The position numbers and the translations under genes are program-made. Positions 30,900-41,855 of a stretch of 64,000 nt of DNA are shown here, piece by piece (position 1 is the first letter of the stretch; every line of letters begins with the position of its first letter). The notes beneath the pieces are model-generated. The model saw only the letters and a program-made list of their open reading frames with translations. It made no database searches and had not been told where the DNA came from. Source of the DNA: Bdellovibrionales bacterium (GTDB taxonomy: Bacteria > Bdellovibrionota > Bdellovibrionia > Bdellovibrionales > JAUICD01); assembly GCA_965197425.1 (NCBI GenBank), contig CBDANC010000013.1, positions 160,001 through 224,000 of the forward strand, given 5' to 3'.

Positions 30900-32060
30900 T
30901 TATTTTTTAGTTAAAAACTGAAGAGTCAATTGTTCCTCAGGAACATTTCCCTCATTAGGAAGGTAGATGTTGCATGGTATATCCATTTTAGCCAGGTATT
31001 TGTACATTAAAGGACCAATATCCCTCCACTCTAAACCGCCTAATCCACAACCTAAAGCAGGTAAGGCGATAGATCTAATTCCTGCGCGTTTATAATTTTC
31101 CAGAAGCCAACGCATTCCATCTTCAATACCATGAACCTCAGACCGATTTTTCCAATGAGTCTTAGTTGGAAACAACAAAAACCATCTACTTCCGTTCTCT
31201 GTCAAAAGCTTTGTATTGTCCTCAGTCAAAACTTGTGCAAAATTATCATCGCGTTTGTATAAAAAAGGTGTCCCCATCTTTAATCCACCCTGCTTACAAA
31301 GATCCTGATAATAAACATAAACATCAGGAAATTGATATTTAGCCCTCGAAGCAAGACCCTTGCCCATAACACCAACAGTATTTACGCTCACTGTAAATGT
31401 TTGCATTTTAGAAAAGAACATATCTCCCTTTACTAAAGTTAAACGATCAGAAAGTTTCTTGTGAAACTCGTGACGGAAAAACATGTCTGGATTTGGCACA
31501 ACATTTGCTGACGGATAAAGTTTTCTAACTTCATCTGCTGCCCTTTCATTAGCCACATAAATACCTATGATCTTTTCACGTGGAATGTAGTTATAAACCA
31601 AAAGCTCAGCCATACGTTTTCTCTTATCAGATGCATTCCAGTATTCCTTTTCAAAAATATCTGAACTCAAATTTTTGAGTTCTTCAGAAACATCTTCAAA
31701 AAACTTAGTTGAAGATGAAGCTGCATTACCATCAGTAATTCCAACATTTTTGCCATGTATAATATCCGATTTGATTTGTAGCACGATAATGTTTTCTACA
31801 CCATATTCTTGAATTACACGATAAAGCATCGGATTTCTAGCCTGAAAATATACATTGGCATACTCCCATAAGGAACGGCCTTTAAACTTTTTATCTTTCC
31901 TAACTTTAATTATATCATCATCGTGAATCGACTTTGTTTTTTTTAAACCTATTTTAACCCATATACTATCTGCCTTATTTCTAGAAAGAATCCCTTTCTC
32001 CAAAATAGATTTCAGTGTGTCCTTATGAGCGATATAATAAAAATTCTTTGGTATTCTCAA
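30900..32060 (-). CDS. DarT (DUF4433) DNA ADP-ribosyltransferase fused to DarG-type macrodomain
   Basis: FYYIAH...GILS, YANVYFQARNPMLY, TDGNAAS, MAELLV; then KGDMF, VNTVGVMGKGLA, FPTKTHW, SIALPALGCGLGGLEW; start TTG 32060 inferred from GAAGGGG. Confidence 0.88.
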   Translation of the reverse strand: MRIPKNFYYIAHKDTLKSILEKGILSRNKADSIWVKIGLKKTKSIHDDDIIKVRKDKKFKGRSLWEYANVYFQARNPMLYRVIQEYGVENIIVLQIKSDIIHGKNVGITDGNAASSSTKFFEDVSEELKNLSSDIFEKEYWNASDKRKRMAELLVYNYIPREKIIGIYVANERAADEVRKLYPSANVVPNPDMFFRHEFHKKLSDRLTLVKGDMFFSKMQTFTVSVNTVGVMGKGLASRAKYQFPDVYVYYQDLCKQGGLKMGTPFLYKRDDNFAQVLTEDNTKLLTENGSRWFLLFPTKTHWKNRSEVHGIEDGMRWLLENYKRAGIRSIALPALGCGLGGLEWRDIGPLMYKYLAKMDIPCNIYLPNEGNVPEEQLTLQFLTKK

Positions 32061-32094
32061 AATACACCCCTTCTGCATTACTGTGCCACAGTAT

Positions 32095-32271
32095 TTAAAA
32101 AATATCGACTTTGTCAATAACATATAGTTTGCTCTTCAAAAACTCTTTTTTGACAGATTCTTCAAAGTAATTGAAAAAAGCAGTTTCTTGTTTAATCCTT
32201 TCTGGAAAAGATAGTGGAATCTTTGGCAAACACCAGAGAATCTTCCAAATGACTTCTTCAGCAGTTATCAT
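32095..32271 (-). pseudogene. Short ORF at the AbiEii position, possibly an internally deleted toxin
   Basis: 58 aa, start overlaps the abiEi end; no nucleotidyltransferase motif left. Confidence 0.4.
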
Positions 32272-33127
32272 CAAATAATCCCTTTGGATAGTAAATCTTC
32301 CATTTTGAATCATAAAGCCAGTTTTCACTAAAATTTCTATCTAGATAAAATATTGTATTAGGACAAGAAAAATATTGTGACCATTTTTTGCTTGTATAAT
32401 CCGTTTTTAATTTATGAAGCAAAAAACCAATAGATTGCCAATAAGGATACAAAGGAGAATAGGATTCATAGATTTTATAAAGCTTAGTAGTGTCTATTCT
32501 AGCTTTGTAAAAAGCACTTACAACAGTTTTGATCCCACCACTGTACTGAGGGCTAATTATAGAATCAATAAGCGTTCTTTCCAGTGAAGTAAAAAACACC
32601 CTCACCCGCCTTGACTCATCTATCTGCAAGAGATTGGTTTTAATGCCTATTTTGCCAAGATCTTGTTTTTCCAAAAATGTTATTTTTGTTTTTTTGTACA
32701 TTAAATATTTCGATGTTTTTCTAGATGACTTTAAAAAAGCCTGCCGTATTTGTTCGTCTAACATCTTTTTTTTTGGATGATAAGGAATACGTCCAATAAT
32801 TTCCTTAGACAAAAAATATTCTACTGGCCTGTGCTTAGTTAGGCCATGTAAGTACAAAGCCGAAAAATGACTGAGGTAATAATGTGGTTGAAAAGCAGCC
32901 AATATATCAACAACTTGAACTCTAGGAAGATCAAAGGTTAATAGTTTATAATCTACTGTTTTATTCCACTTCAGGGGAATCTGCTTTATAGCTTTATCAA
33001 AATTAACCTTGTTTGCCCTGTAAGAAATGCTGTTTTTTTTTACATATATCTTCAAGTTTTTCTTTATACACCTTTTTAGAAAAAACAAGCGGTAGCTTTT
33101 TACTAAGCTCTTTTCTGATTCTATCAA
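32258..33127 (-). CDS. AbiEi-like type IV antitoxin/regulator
   Basis: YLSHFSALYLHGLT, TSLERTLIDS..PQYSGG, YWQSIGFLL, YDSKWKIYYP. Confidence 0.8.
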   Translation of the reverse strand: MIESEKSLVKSYRLFFLKRCIKKNLKIYVKKNSISYRANKVNFDKAIKQIPLKWNKTVDYKLLTFDLPRVQVVDILAAFQPHYYLSHFSALYLHGLTKHRPVEYFLSKEIIGRIPYHPKKKMLDEQIRQAFLKSSRKTSKYLMYKKTKITFLEKQDLGKIGIKTNLLQIDESRRVRVFFTSLERTLIDSIISPQYSGGIKTVVSAFYKARIDTTKLYKIYESYSPLYPYWQSIGFLLHKLKTDYTSKKWSQYFSCPNTIFYLDRNFSENWLYDSKWKIYYPKGLFDDNC

Positions 33128-33143
33128 TTTTTTGTTTGTTAGC

Positions 33144-33175
33144 TAATATCATATGTATCTATACATATGATATTA
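33144..33175. promoter_or_regulatory. Perfect inverted repeat upstream of abiEi (putative operator)
   Basis: TAATATCATATGTAT-ct-ATACATATGATATTA, 15-bp arms. Confidence 0.7.
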
Positions 33176-33306
33176 CATAAATATAAAAAGATCAAGAGAA
33201 AAATATGATAAGCTTATGCTGTCCCGTTTAACCACTATGCAGATAGTAGAAAGATAATTAATATTTGAATCTACCACTATTTTTAATACACAGTCACATT
33301 TTATTT

Positions 33307-33760
33307 TTAAAAGTTGAATGGTTGCCAAGCAGGAGGATGCATGTCACTCGTATCAAGACTCTTATCTAAAAACCACCTCTTGGGATATATCACATGCCTA
33401 TCAGAATTAACATTTAGATACGCTTCCCACCAACTAAATGAACTGTTTGCTAATATATTTGCTTTACATAAACTCATCAAATACATCTCCTCCAAATCAC
33501 TATCAAACCTACCACCTCTCGAAACAACGGTTACAGGATATATAAATTTATCTTTATTCACTAAAACCCAACCTGGATCATCCGTAAATACAAAATACAC
33601 ACCCTCCCCTATCATAGACATTGCCTTATTATAATATTCAAATGGCATCAGACCGTGAAATTTACGAACAGCTTAGGTAGTATAGCCCCCTCTTCTAATA
33701 TGTAAAGACACAGGCCTTGCACTTTGTAAAACAGTTTGCTTTAACCTCGAAGCCTCATCA
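33307..33760 (-). pseudogene. GT11 alpha-1,2-fucosyl/colitosyltransferase C-terminal fragment
   Basis: [26 protein letters not shown]...FTDD...LMSLCKANILANSSFSWW; internal stop, no N-terminus. Confidence 0.85.
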
Positions 33761-33908
33761 CTTTAGACCAACAGAAGTTGATGCTCTTTGTGGGGATGCA
33801 TCTAAAGCTAAAAAAATACTTGGTTGGGAACCAAAAACAAATCTTGAATCACTCATAAAAGAAATGGTCGCATCGGATGTAGTTTTACTAAACGGAGTAA
33901 ACATTTAA
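33760..33908 (+). pseudogene. gmd: Second gmd 3' fragment
   Basis: [39 protein letters not shown]; near-identical to 30712-30856. Confidence 0.92.
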
Positions 33909-35062
33909 TGTTTTAAAAGTTCCTTAATGCCTTCTCTCCACTCCATACATGAAACTTTATTTATAATTTTTTTCTGTCTTTCCCTAGAGAGACAAAACAG
34001 CTTGGAGCGTGGTATGTCTTTCCCTAGATTAACTAGATGTCGAATATCACTGCCTGATACTTTTTTATTGGATTTAATTTCAACACAAAGAGTTTTTCTA
34101 GCACTATCTATAATTAAATCAATTTCACTTCCGTCCTTAGTTTTTAAATAGTAAAACTTCCACTGCTTCCTATAATAATCAGCTAATCTTATAATTTCTA
34201 AAATCACAAAATGCTCAAAGTACAAACCGTATTCATAGGTCCTGGAAAGTACAGGAATACTGGTAACTCTTCTTAAAGAGCGGCACACCCCAGTGTCAAA
34301 AAAATAAAATTTGGGAGAAAGCCTTTGACTCTTTCTTACAGATTTATGATAGGAAGGAATAAAAAATCCAAGCAGGGTGTCTTCTAAAATAGAATAATAG
34401 TTTTGAACGGTTGTTGTATCAACACCAACTTCATTTGCAATTTTTGAAAAATTAATTATTTGTCCATTCATCTGAGCTGCAATTTCCAAAAATAATCTAA
34501 AGGGATCAAGTTTTCTAACTATTTGTTCAACCTGTATCTCCTCTTTTAAATATGTGAGCGAATAAGCATTCAGATACTCATGTTTTTCATTATTCTTTAA
34601 GCTAAGTAGCCTGGGCATGGTTCCGTAGGTCAGAGCTTGTGTGAGGTTAAAGTCATTTCCAAGCTCAACATGCGTAAACGGGTATAGATTAAACACAAAA
34701 GCTCTTCCAGCCAACAAATTGCTCCCACCTCTTTTAAGCTTTCTTGCAGAAGAACCACTTAACACAAACTTAATACCCCTTTCTTCTATCAACTTGTGTG
34801 CAATATCCAACAGCTTAGGAAGCTTCTGTACCTCATCTATTATGATCCACTTATACTTTGAAGCAAGTGCCTGGTTATACAAATCTTCAGGAGCTCTTCT
34901 ATAGAAATCTTCAACACTAGGATCTAACAAATCCATGTACAAAACTGACTTTCTTGCCCCAGAAAAATACCTCTCTTTTATCAAAGTCGATTTGCCAGTA
35001 CCTCTGGGACCAAACAGAAAAAAGCTACTTTGCCTCGATAGTTTATGCAGCCTATTGACCAT
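33905..35062 (-). CDS. AAA ATPase with DUF4143 domain
   Basis: [39 protein letters not shown]. Confidence 0.9.
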   Translation of the reverse strand: MVNRLHKLSRQSSFFLFGPRGTGKSTLIKERYFSGARKSVLYMDLLDPSVEDFYRRAPEDLYNQALASKYKWIIIDEVQKLPKLLDIAHKLIEERGIKFVLSGSSARKLKRGGSNLLAGRAFVFNLYPFTHVELGNDFNLTQALTYGTMPRLLSLKNNEKHEYLNAYSLTYLKEEIQVEQIVRKLDPFRLFLEIAAQMNGQIINFSKIANEVGVDTTTVQNYYSILEDTLLGFFIPSYHKSVRKSQRLSPKFYFFDTGVCRSLRRVTSIPVLSRTYEYGLYFEHFVILEIIRLADYYRKQWKFYYLKTKDGSEIDLIIDSARKTLCVEIKSNKKVSGSDIRHLVNLGKDIPRSKLFCLSRERQKKIINKVSCMEWREGIKELLKH

Positions 35063-35093
35063 ACCCAATATTAACCCGAAAAATATTGGGTAT
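35061..35093. promoter_or_regulatory. Inverted repeat at ATPase start
   Basis: ATACCCAATATT-N9-AATATTGGGTAT. Confidence 0.6.
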
Positions 35094-35130
35094 ACAACGG
35101 TTTTCTAAAGAAGATATTCCCGCTTGCTCC

Positions 35131-35270
35131 TTTAAATAATGGGTGTAATACGGAGTTCAACTCCATATTTTGACCAGAATCTAACTATGAAAACTATAGG
35201 TAAGAACCTTGCAAAAAACATCGGGATCCTCAACTTTAAGGGTCTAAAATCCCTGGATAGTTTTTGAAAA
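35131..35270 (+). repeat. Dispersed repeat copy 1 (others at about 36920 and 38074)
   Basis: ggagttcaactccatattttgaccag...atgaaaa.tatag...aaccttgcaaaaaacatc.ggatcctcaac. Confidence 0.85.
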
Positions 35271-35470
35271 GCCAGCAGTATAGAATAGATTTTTTATAAA
35301 AATCTTAGTTATTTTAGTGTGATATAGGGTTATGAGAAAATTACGCAAAGTCGAGTAGTTTTTCAATTTATTACGCAATATTGAGTAATTTGAAAAATGA
35401 TAGGTAGGAATATGCTTTGCCTCAAACACACACATAGTGTAACCAAGACTTGCAATAACTAGTACAGTAA

Positions 35471-36757
<1,287 letters not shown>

Positions 36758-36802
36758 CTGTATAAGGCATTTTGTGATTAGTCTTTTAGAATACTAAAAA
36801 TA

Positions 36803-36879
36803 GGGCCGCTAGCTCAGCTGGTTAGAGCATCTGCCTTTTAAGCAGAGGGTCCCAGGTTCGAGTCCTGGGCGGCTCACCA
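36803..36879 (+). tRNA. tRNA-Lys (anticodon TTT)
   Basis: GGGCCGC acceptor stem, TCTGC-CTTTTAA-GCAGA anticodon arm, GGTTCGAGTCC, encoded CCA. Confidence 0.95.
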
Positions 36880-36919
36880 ACTAATCGCTGAAATCTATTC
36901 CAATTCCCCACTTTCTTTT

Positions 36920-37062
36920 TTTAAATCATGGGTGTGATATAGAGTTCAACTCCATATTTTGACCAGTATCTAATTATGAAAATTATAGCTAGAGAAATTA
37001 AGAAAGAGCTTAAAATTCTTTTGAAAGAGTACCCATTTTCTGTCTATTTTTCACAGCTTTGA
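36920..37062 (+). repeat. Dispersed repeat copy 2, continuing into an ATPase-like start remnant (MKIIAREIKKELKILLKEYPF)
   Basis: Matches 35131 onward; short ORF 36976-37062 resembles the N-terminus of the ATPase at 44056-45207 (IPRNILREVLESLRDYP). Confidence 0.7.
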
Positions 37063-37237
37063 TTTTTTTCTATTAAAACTGGTTTTGATCTTAGAAATAG
37101 TGTTACCATATTATCATTAATGTATTACATATTACCATGTACCAATGTTTGTATTATAATGCATTTGAGGTTTCGAGGTTTGTTGAACCCGATAGTGGGT
37201 GCATAATCACAAAATCAGGTGTTTAAGAGAAGGTAAA

Positions 37238-37495
37238 ATGTCGGAACAAACAGAAAGAGAGAAAAATCTAGAGTTTTTTGAAAAAAACCTGGACTCCTGG
37301 CTCAAGGATGTTGCGTATCGCCACAAATACATCATCATTTCGGAGTGTGAAGTTAAGAACGTTTGTGACAAATTTCCAGATGCTCTGAATTATGCTGCAG
37401 CAAACTTCCCGCCAAAAAAATTCATTATTCAGCATATCATTGGTAAGAATGAGCAAATTGGGTTTCTTAAGCTGGGGACAAATGGCTCACATTAA
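37238..37495 (+). CDS. Small DUF5678-like protein
   Basis: NLEFFEKNLDSWLK..YRHKYIII...ALNYA...FIIQHI; precedes aspartyl protease. Confidence 0.6.
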   Translation: MSEQTEREKNLEFFEKNLDSWLKDVAYRHKYIIISECEVKNVCDKFPDALNYAAANFPPKKFIIQHIIGKNEQIGFLKLGTNGSH

Positions 37496-38012
37496 TATTT
37501 TTCATCCTGGCGTCAGCGTAACAGAAAGTAAAAATAAAAGAGGTGAAGCACAAATAGGAATAACCCACTCTCCTCATATGTTAGTAAACTTGGGCCTTAA
37601 CCTTTTTGTTGAAGTAAGCACTGCAAGTGCTTTTGTAAATCAACCTAAAGGCATTACAAAAAGCCACATGGCAGTAAGGGGGTTAGTTGATACAGGGGCA
37701 ACTAGAACATCCATTGACTCTTCTCTGGCCAAGAAATTACAATTGATACCAACAGGGAGCAGTACATCCCGTACAGCAGCCGGATTGCAACGTACAGATG
37801 ATTATGCGATTGACTTAACATTTATTGGCTCTAGGCTACGATCAATATTAAACCTAAGAGTTAGCTCCTGTACCCTAGGTTTCGATCTGGAAAAATCTCA
37901 GAAGACCCCAAATGATCCTACAAATATTGGGCTGTTAATTGGTAGAGACGTTATGTCTCTTTGGAACATAACTTGGCACGGACCAACCTCAACGGTGTTT
38001 ATATCTGATTAA
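37482..38012 (+). CDS. Retropepsin-like (clan AA) aspartic protease
   Basis: GLVDTGATRTSI and LLIGRDVM motifs. Confidence 0.85.
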   Translation: MAHINIFHPGVSVTESKNKRGEAQIGITHSPHMLVNLGLNLFVEVSTASAFVNQPKGITKSHMAVRGLVDTGATRTSIDSSLAKKLQLIPTGSSTSRTAAGLQRTDDYAIDLTFIGSRLRSILNLRVSSCTLGFDLEKSQKTPNDPTNIGLLIGRDVMSLWNITWHGPTSTVFISD

Positions 38013-38073
38013 CTCACATTAGAATTTCTACAAAAAATTAATTATTTGATTTTTTAATAGTGAGTTAAAGTGT

Positions 38074-38195
38074 GGAGTTCAGCTCCACATTTTGACCAGG
38101 ATCTAATTATGAAAATTATAGCTAGGAACCTTGCAAAAAACATCAGGATCCTCAACCTCAAGGATCTACACTTCTTAGATATTTTTTGAAGAAGC
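38074..38195 (+). repeat. Dispersed repeat copy 3
   Basis: Matches 35152-35270. Confidence 0.85.
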
Positions 38196-38280
38196 TAAGC
38201 TTATCTTTTATTGAAAAATCAGTTTATCATCGATGAACAAATGATTCTGGGTTTAACTATTGTTTTACTATGAAAGTTAG

Positions 38281-38660
38281 TTAATAATTATTGTCCATAA
38301 ATGTCTTCCACCATCTAGTAGTTTTGTTGGGTGAAAGCACATCCACTGTTTCACCTATCATTGGCGTCAAGTGATCTACATCAGCCGCAGAAGAAAACCA
38401 GCTTGAAATTTCTATTGGATCAAACCAATTATGATCAGAAAGATCAAACATACCCCAGTGTATTGACATAAGCTTTTTTCCTTTTAAATCTCTAAAGGCT
38501 GACACTGTCTGTTCAGGATATAAATGGAACATAGACTGTCTTAAATTATACTGGCCATTTTCAATAAAAGTTATGTCAAATGGTCCATACCTTTCCCCTA
38601 TCTGGCTAAAATGATCAGAATAACCAGAATCTCCACTGAAATAAATATTGTTAGTTTTAT
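38281..38660 (-). pseudogene. Diverged duplicate of 3' 380 bp of MBL gene (39803-40182)
   Basis: Constant 1522-bp offset; NNIYFSGDSGYSDHF...SIHWGMFDLSDHNWFDP...RWW. Confidence 0.93.
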
Positions 38661-38662
38661 TC

Positions 38663-38719
38663 AGAGCATCTGCCTTTTAAGCAGAGGGTCCCAGGTTCGA
38701 GTCCTGGGCGGCTCACCAA
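38663..38719 (+). repeat. 3' 57-bp duplicate of tRNA-Lys (att-like)
   Basis: Identical to 36824-36880; lacks tRNA 5' end. Confidence 0.93.
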
Positions 38720-38786
38720 TTAATACTGTTGTATAACCACTATTTCTTAACTTTTATACAAACTCCACTTTCGCAAAAACTGCTAC

Positions 38787-39653
38787 CTAAAAATAGAATA
38801 TGATTCCTGATTTTATGCCAAAAGATGTATTTGCATCACCAAAGTCATCATCTGTTAAATCATGTTTCACACCATCACCAGTTAAAAATGCATGAACAAC
38901 ACGATCATAATTAAGAGCAAGTTTTATAGCTAATCGTTCTGTAAAAAAATACTTCCCCCCTAACTCAGCTCCTGTAATAAACATGCTTATCCCACTGCTC
39001 GACTCACCAGATGGACCAGTATTACTATAACTATCAACATCAACACCAAATCGTATTATATTGTATGTTATGGAAAGTCCAAGATATGGGGTAAATATAC
39101 CATCTCTCTTTGTTTCCAAAATGTTTATCATATTAAGATCAAATCCAATTCCAAACCCAAATACCAATCCCCACATTTTAATAGACTCTATTGTGTCAGT
39201 TGTGCCCACGCGTCCAGATTCTTCGGAAGGATCAACTAGCTCGTCAAGGGGCGATTCTTCATAGATGTCTGATCCAAAGCCGTCTATGTATGTCGTCCCT
39301 CCTAGGCTTAATCTAGCTAAGCTAACTCTATAAAACGGCTCAAAATACCCAAGAGAAAAAGAATGATCTAACTCTCCACTAAACATAACCACATCCTGCT
39401 CTTCGCTCAAAGTATCAAAAAATTTAAAATCAAAATCCAAAGCTTGCAAAGTCCTGCTGCTTTGCGGAGTCCTAGTAATACCTTCTTCCATACCACTGTG
39501 TTCTATTATTGAATTATCATTACCTTGAGATGGAGTAGTGGCTTGCTTCAAAACTTCTTTATTAGTACCTATCTCAGCTTTACTTGGTTCATTTGCGGAT
39601 GCAACACATGTTAAAAACATAGCACTAAAAAAAGTTATTCTAAAAATTGACAT
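38787..39653 (-). CDS. Outer-membrane beta-barrel protein
   Basis: Signal peptide, amphipathic strands (TPYLGLSITY, GAELGGKYFF), C-terminal Phe. Confidence 0.7.
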   Translation of the reverse strand: MSIFRITFFSAMFLTCVASANEPSKAEIGTNKEVLKQATTPSQGNDNSIIEHSGMEEGITRTPQSSRTLQALDFDFKFFDTLSEEQDVVMFSGELDHSFSLGYFEPFYRVSLARLSLGGTTYIDGFGSDIYEESPLDELVDPSEESGRVGTTDTIESIKMWGLVFGFGIGFDLNMINILETKRDGIFTPYLGLSITYNIIRFGVDVDSYSNTGPSGESSSGISMFITGAELGGKYFFTERLAIKLALNYDRVVHAFLTGDGVKHDLTDDDFGDANTSFGIKSGIIFYF

Positions 39654-39802
39654 ACCCTTGTACCTCCAAAGTTAACTAAGTTCATACTTACTCTGGTCAA
39701 TTCATGCAACAAAAATACGATACAAAGTGAAAATTACACAACACCACTAACCTAAATCTAATAACTATCTGAGTTTGCTTACTGCTTTATCAAGAAAATT
39801 AG

Positions 39803-40909
39803 TTAATAATTATTAGCCATAAACGGCTTCCACCATCTAGTAGTTTTGTTGGATGAAAGCACATCCACTATCTCACCTATTATTGGTGTAAAGTGATCCA
39901 CATCAGTTACAGAAGAAAACCAGTTTGAAATTTCTATTGGATCAAACCAATTATGATCAGAAAGATCAAACATACCCCAATGTATTGACATAAGCTTTTT
40001 TCCTTTTAAATCCCTAAAGGCTAACACTGTCTGTTCAGGATATAAATGGAACATAGACTGTCTTAAATTATACTGGCCATTTTCAATAAAGGTTATGTCA
40101 AATGGTCCGTACCTTTCCCCTATCAGGCTAAAATGATCAGAATAACCAGAATCTCCACTGAAATAAATATTGTTAGTTTTATCCCGAATAACCCAAGATA
40201 CCCAAAGAGTTTTGTTTAGCTCATGTAAAGATCGACCAGAAAAATGCTGAGCAGGAGTAGCTATAAACTCCAAATCACCAAAACTTGATCCTCCCCACCA
40301 ATCTAATTCCCGTATATTTTCCACCGCAATATCCCATAACACTAACCGAAATGAAACCCCAAGTGGAACAATAAACTGAGTATCCGTATTAATGAAGTGC
40401 CTGACAGTACTCCTATCCAGATGATCATAGTGATCATGAGATATCACAACATAATCTATCTCTGGTAGATCCTGAAGGTTAACTACCGGAGCTTGAAACC
40501 TCTTAGCAACAAATTTTACCGGAGATGCATATGTTGAAAATACCGGATCAAACAAAATAATTTTTCCGTTGAAATTAAGTAGGAAAGTAGAATGACCAAA
40601 CCAAATGTAGTAGATACCTTGTTTGTGCGATACAAATTCACTGAGATTAGGCGTTACCTGTGGTAATTTATGAATTGGCCTTGTTTGGTTTTTATTAATA
40701 GAAGCAAAGTATTGTATTATCTCAAACAAATCTTTCCTTGATTGATTATCTAAAATAGTCTGATTTTGATTAATAAATTGTCTTTTAGTCCTATCAAAAT
40801 TATTTGAACTAGTTAGAGCATCAGTGCATTTTTCTGAAATTGTTATTCCAAAAGCACCTTGTACTGAAATAAGTATAAATAAAATTGCCAGATTGGCCAA
40901 ATGCTTCAA
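39803..40909 (-). CDS. MBL-fold hydrolase (RomA/NAPE-PLD-like), secreted
   Basis: WFGHST, DPVFS, ISHDHYDHLD, PAQHFSGR, SGDSGY, IHWG. Confidence 0.9.
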   Translation of the reverse strand: MKHLANLAILFILISVQGAFGITISEKCTDALTSSNNFDRTKRQFINQNQTILDNQSRKDLFEIIQYFASINKNQTRPIHKLPQVTPNLSEFVSHKQGIYYIWFGHSTFLLNFNGKIILFDPVFSTYASPVKFVAKRFQAPVVNLQDLPEIDYVVISHDHYDHLDRSTVRHFINTDTQFIVPLGVSFRLVLWDIAVENIRELDWWGGSSFGDLEFIATPAQHFSGRSLHELNKTLWVSWVIRDKTNNIYFSGDSGYSDHFSLIGERYGPFDITFIENGQYNLRQSMFHLYPEQTVLAFRDLKGKKLMSIHWGMFDLSDHNWFDPIEISNWFSSVTDVDHFTPIIGEIVDVLSSNKTTRWWKPFMANNY

Positions 40910-41123
40910 GGCACCCTCCTATTTAACAACAAATACAAAGCTCGGTAAGTAGCATATTTAATAACTTCTAGCAATTTGTAACTGTAGGTTGATGCTCATG
41001 CTATCTACTCACAAATTAAGGGAAAACTTTGTACGAAAATCCCTTGTCTTTTTTACTATTATAAATCTTACACTCACCATAATAAGCGGTGCTATGTGAT
41101 AATGCATTGATTCCGGAGGCAAA

Positions 41124-41849
41124 ATGATTCGAATCATATTAATCTTTTGTGTCTTTTTAGCAACAGAAGCTCAAGCACAAAAAAGGTGTAGAGATTTTGA
41201 ATGTGGATGGTATATCAAAGCTGGAGCTGGCACCTTATTTGACACAAACGGAAAATTTCTAATTGAAGAAGAACCTTTAATCCTAGGGCTTTCAGAAGAT
41301 GATGCTGTTTTTGTTTCCTCGTTTACCGGTGGATTTGGATATAAATTTAGAAGTAATTTTAGATTAGAAGGTGAATTTTCATATTTGGAATATGATATAG
41401 GCGCAACACCACAAATTCGGACCGATGGAAGTAATATTAACCCTGGAATAGATGGATTTACCACAAGTAAAGTGGCTATGTTGGGATTATGGTATGAGTT
41501 TGAAAATGGAACGTTTTTAATACCGATTTTAGGAATACAATCTGGATTAACACACACCGAAGTTTATATAACATCAAATTCACCAGCCGGAGAAATAGCT
41601 TTCGTACATGATTGGGACTTTATAGGATCCAGCCAAGGTACGGTCGGTATCAGAGTACAAACACCACTGTATGATATATCAATAGGTGCCTTGTATAAGT
41701 ACTTGTTTGTTGCAGACAACTACCCGTACATAACATCATTTGACCTTTATGATGGAAATCGTCTTAAACTAGCGGATCCCATGCACTCTCACAGATTAGA
41801 AGCAGAAATTATGATTCCACTGGTTGGTAAAAATAGACGAAGAAGATAA
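41124..41849 (+). CDS. Outer-membrane beta-barrel (OmpA/opacity-like) protein
   Basis: Signal peptide; GWYIKAGAG, GFGYKF..FRLEGEFSY. Confidence 0.7.
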   Translation: MIRIILIFCVFLATEAQAQKRCRDFECGWYIKAGAGTLFDTNGKFLIEEEPLILGLSEDDAVFVSSFTGGFGYKFRSNFRLEGEFSYLEYDIGATPQIRTDGSNINPGIDGFTTSKVAMLGLWYEFENGTFLIPILGIQSGLTHTEVYITSNSPAGEIAFVHDWDFIGSSQGTVGIRVQTPLYDISIGALYKYLFVADNYPYITSFDLYDGNRLKLADPMHSHRLEAEIMIPLVGKNRRRR

Positions 41850-41855
41850 GCTGTT

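Larger units (their letters stand above)
36881..38719. mobile_element. Integrase-free mini-island at tRNA-Lys 3' end
   Basis: Bounded by an identical 57-bp duplication of the tRNA 3' part (36824-36880 = 38663-38719). Confidence 0.7.

Noticed and set aside
38663..38719. Second functional tRNA-Lys
   Set aside because: Lacks the 5' acceptor strand and most of the D-arm
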